A program made the translations under genes and the position numbers. A stretch of 64,000 nucleotides of DNA from an uncultured Chlamydiae bacterium. GTDB lineage: Bacteria > Chlamydiota > Chlamydiia > Chlamydiales > SM23-39. The stretch lies in contig CAVSSM010000001.1 of the NCBI GenBank assembly GCA_963730605.1, positions 416,001-480,000 of the forward strand, given 5' to 3'. The notes below the pieces were generated by a model that was not told where the DNA came from, made no database searches, and worked only from the letters and a program-made list of their open reading frames with translations. Within the stretch, counting starts at the first letter, position 1. Each line of letters begins with the position of its first letter. This document shows, one piece after another, positions 62,452 through 64,000 of this stretch.

Positions 62452-63827
62452 ATGATAAGAACAAAAATCAAAGAAATCCTTCATGCCAAAGATCCTAATT
62501 TTTTCCTCGGCAAAGAAGTCCAGGTCGCCGGATGGATCCGGACCGTGCGGGACCAAAAAACTTTCGCGTTTATCGAGATCAATGACGGATCGACCCTGTC
62601 GAACCTCCAAGCCATTGCCGACGCCTCGCTCGACGGATATTCGGGCCTTCTTCCCCAATTGACGACAGGAACCTCGCTGACTGTGAAGGGCCGGCTCATC
62701 GAGAGCCCGGGGAAAAACCAGGCCCTTGAGCTCAAAGCGGAAGAAATCAAGGTTTTAGGCCTCTCTGACCCAACACGCTACCCGCTTCAAAAAAAGCGGC
62801 ACTCTTTTGAATTTTTGCGAACGATTGCCCATCTCCGCCCCCGTACGAATACGCAGGGGGCGGTCTTCCGCGTCCGCAGCGCTTTAGCCTTCGCAACCCA
62901 TCTTTTTTTCAGAAAAGGGGATTCCTTTACGTCCAAACTCCCCTCATTACCGGATCCGACTGCGAAGGCGGCGGAGAAATGTTCCGGGTGACAACCCTTA
63001 AAAAACAGGACGACCCTTCCAAGGATTTCTTCGGCAAGGCCACTTATCTGACCGTCTCAGGCCAGCTCGAAGGAGAAATCTTAGCGACTGCCCTCTCCGA
63101 CGTTTACACGTTCGGGCCGACTTTCCGCGCAGAAAATTCGAATACTTCCCGCCACCTTGCCGAATTTTGGATGATCGAGCCGGAAATGGCCTTCGCCGAT
63201 CTCCGAGCCGATATGGAATGCGCGGAAAGTTATTTGAAATTCTCTATCTCTTATGTCCTCGAGCATTGCTTCGAGGATCTCCAGTTTTTCGATAAATTCA
63301 TCGAAAACGGGCTCCTCGAGCGGCTTAAATCCGTGGCGAGCGCCTCGTTTGAGCACATCCCCTATACGCAAGCGATCGAGATTTTGAAAAAAGCACCGAA
63401 GCGGTTTGAATTCCCAGTCGAGTGGGGTGCCGACCTCCAGTCGGAACACGAACGGTATCTCGCTGAAGAATATTGCAAAAAGCCCGTTATCATCACCGAC
63501 TATCCCGCAAAGATCAAAGCTTTTTACATGCGCTCCAATCCAGATGGAAAAACCGTCGCGGCCATGGATGTCCTCGTGCCCAAAATCGGGGAAATCATCG
63601 GCGGGTCCCAGCGCGAAGAGCGGCTCGATGTCTTAGAGAAGAAGATCGCCGATTTCGGTTTCAAGCGAGATGATTATTGGTGGTACCTTGAGCTGCGCGA
63701 ATATGGAACGGTCCCTCATGCGGGCTTCGGCTTGGGTTTCGAGCGGCTTGTCCTCTTCGTCACCGGCATGGAAAATATCCGAGACGTCATCCCCTTCCCC
63801 CGCTTCCCCGGCCATGCCGACTTTTGA
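62452..63827 (+). CDS. asnS: Asparagine--tRNA ligase, apparent 1-bp deletion in the T-run 62903-62909
   Basis: [53 protein letters not shown]. Confidence 0.95.
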
Positions 63828-64000
63828 GAGGTGGCAATGTCTTTAGCGTTTCTAGGGCAGATTGGATAAATCTTGCCGTCTCGAGTTTGGGGTCAAGGGA
63901 TGGATTGTATTCCACAAACTCAACAGCCAAAGGCGGATTTTTTTGCAGCGTTGAAAAAAAGGATAGCATCTCATCGGGATGGATCCCTCCTTCAACCGGA
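63787..64000 (-). CDS. Arginase-family protein, C-terminal part (runs off window)
   Basis: [10 protein letters not shown]...[10 protein letters not shown] pattern. Confidence 0.65.
   Translation of the reverse strand, partial: PVEGGIHPDEMLSFFSTLQKNPPLAVEFVEYNPSLDPKLETARFIQSALETLKTLPPLKSRHGRGSGGRG

Overview
Chlamydial (environmental Chlamydiae-like) chromosome segment. The assignment is inferred from the Chlamydia-type gene order ctcB/ctcC - recO - yidD - LysM - pheT - MORN protein, plus rpsD, murJ, nfo and asnS. Positions ~1-27100 form an accessory island abutting the 3' end of tRNA-Leu(CAA). It is dense in IS4/IS630/IS5 elements and holds a decayed large serine recombinase, an excisionase-like HTH, defence-like cargo (HNH, DinD, YhcG, DUF4160/DUF2442) and a domain-rearranged dikinase. 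Positions ~27200-64000 are mostly core genes, peppered with MITEs and a three-member family of putative membrane effectors. The most striking unexplained signal is a family of three gene-less, GC-rich fold-back elements (12317-12578, 24792-24937, 26729-27072). Each begins with a copy of the tRNA-Leu 3' end, ends with its inverted copy and keeps position-conserved covarying hairpins. They alternate with a conserved ~45-bp att-like box (4 copies, one beside tRNA-Arg). My hypothesis is a tRNA-targeted cassette system using folded single-stranded att sites or a structured RNA. All product calls come from motif recognition by eye; no searches were run. Three core genes carry single-base frameshifts, so some indels may be sequencing errors.
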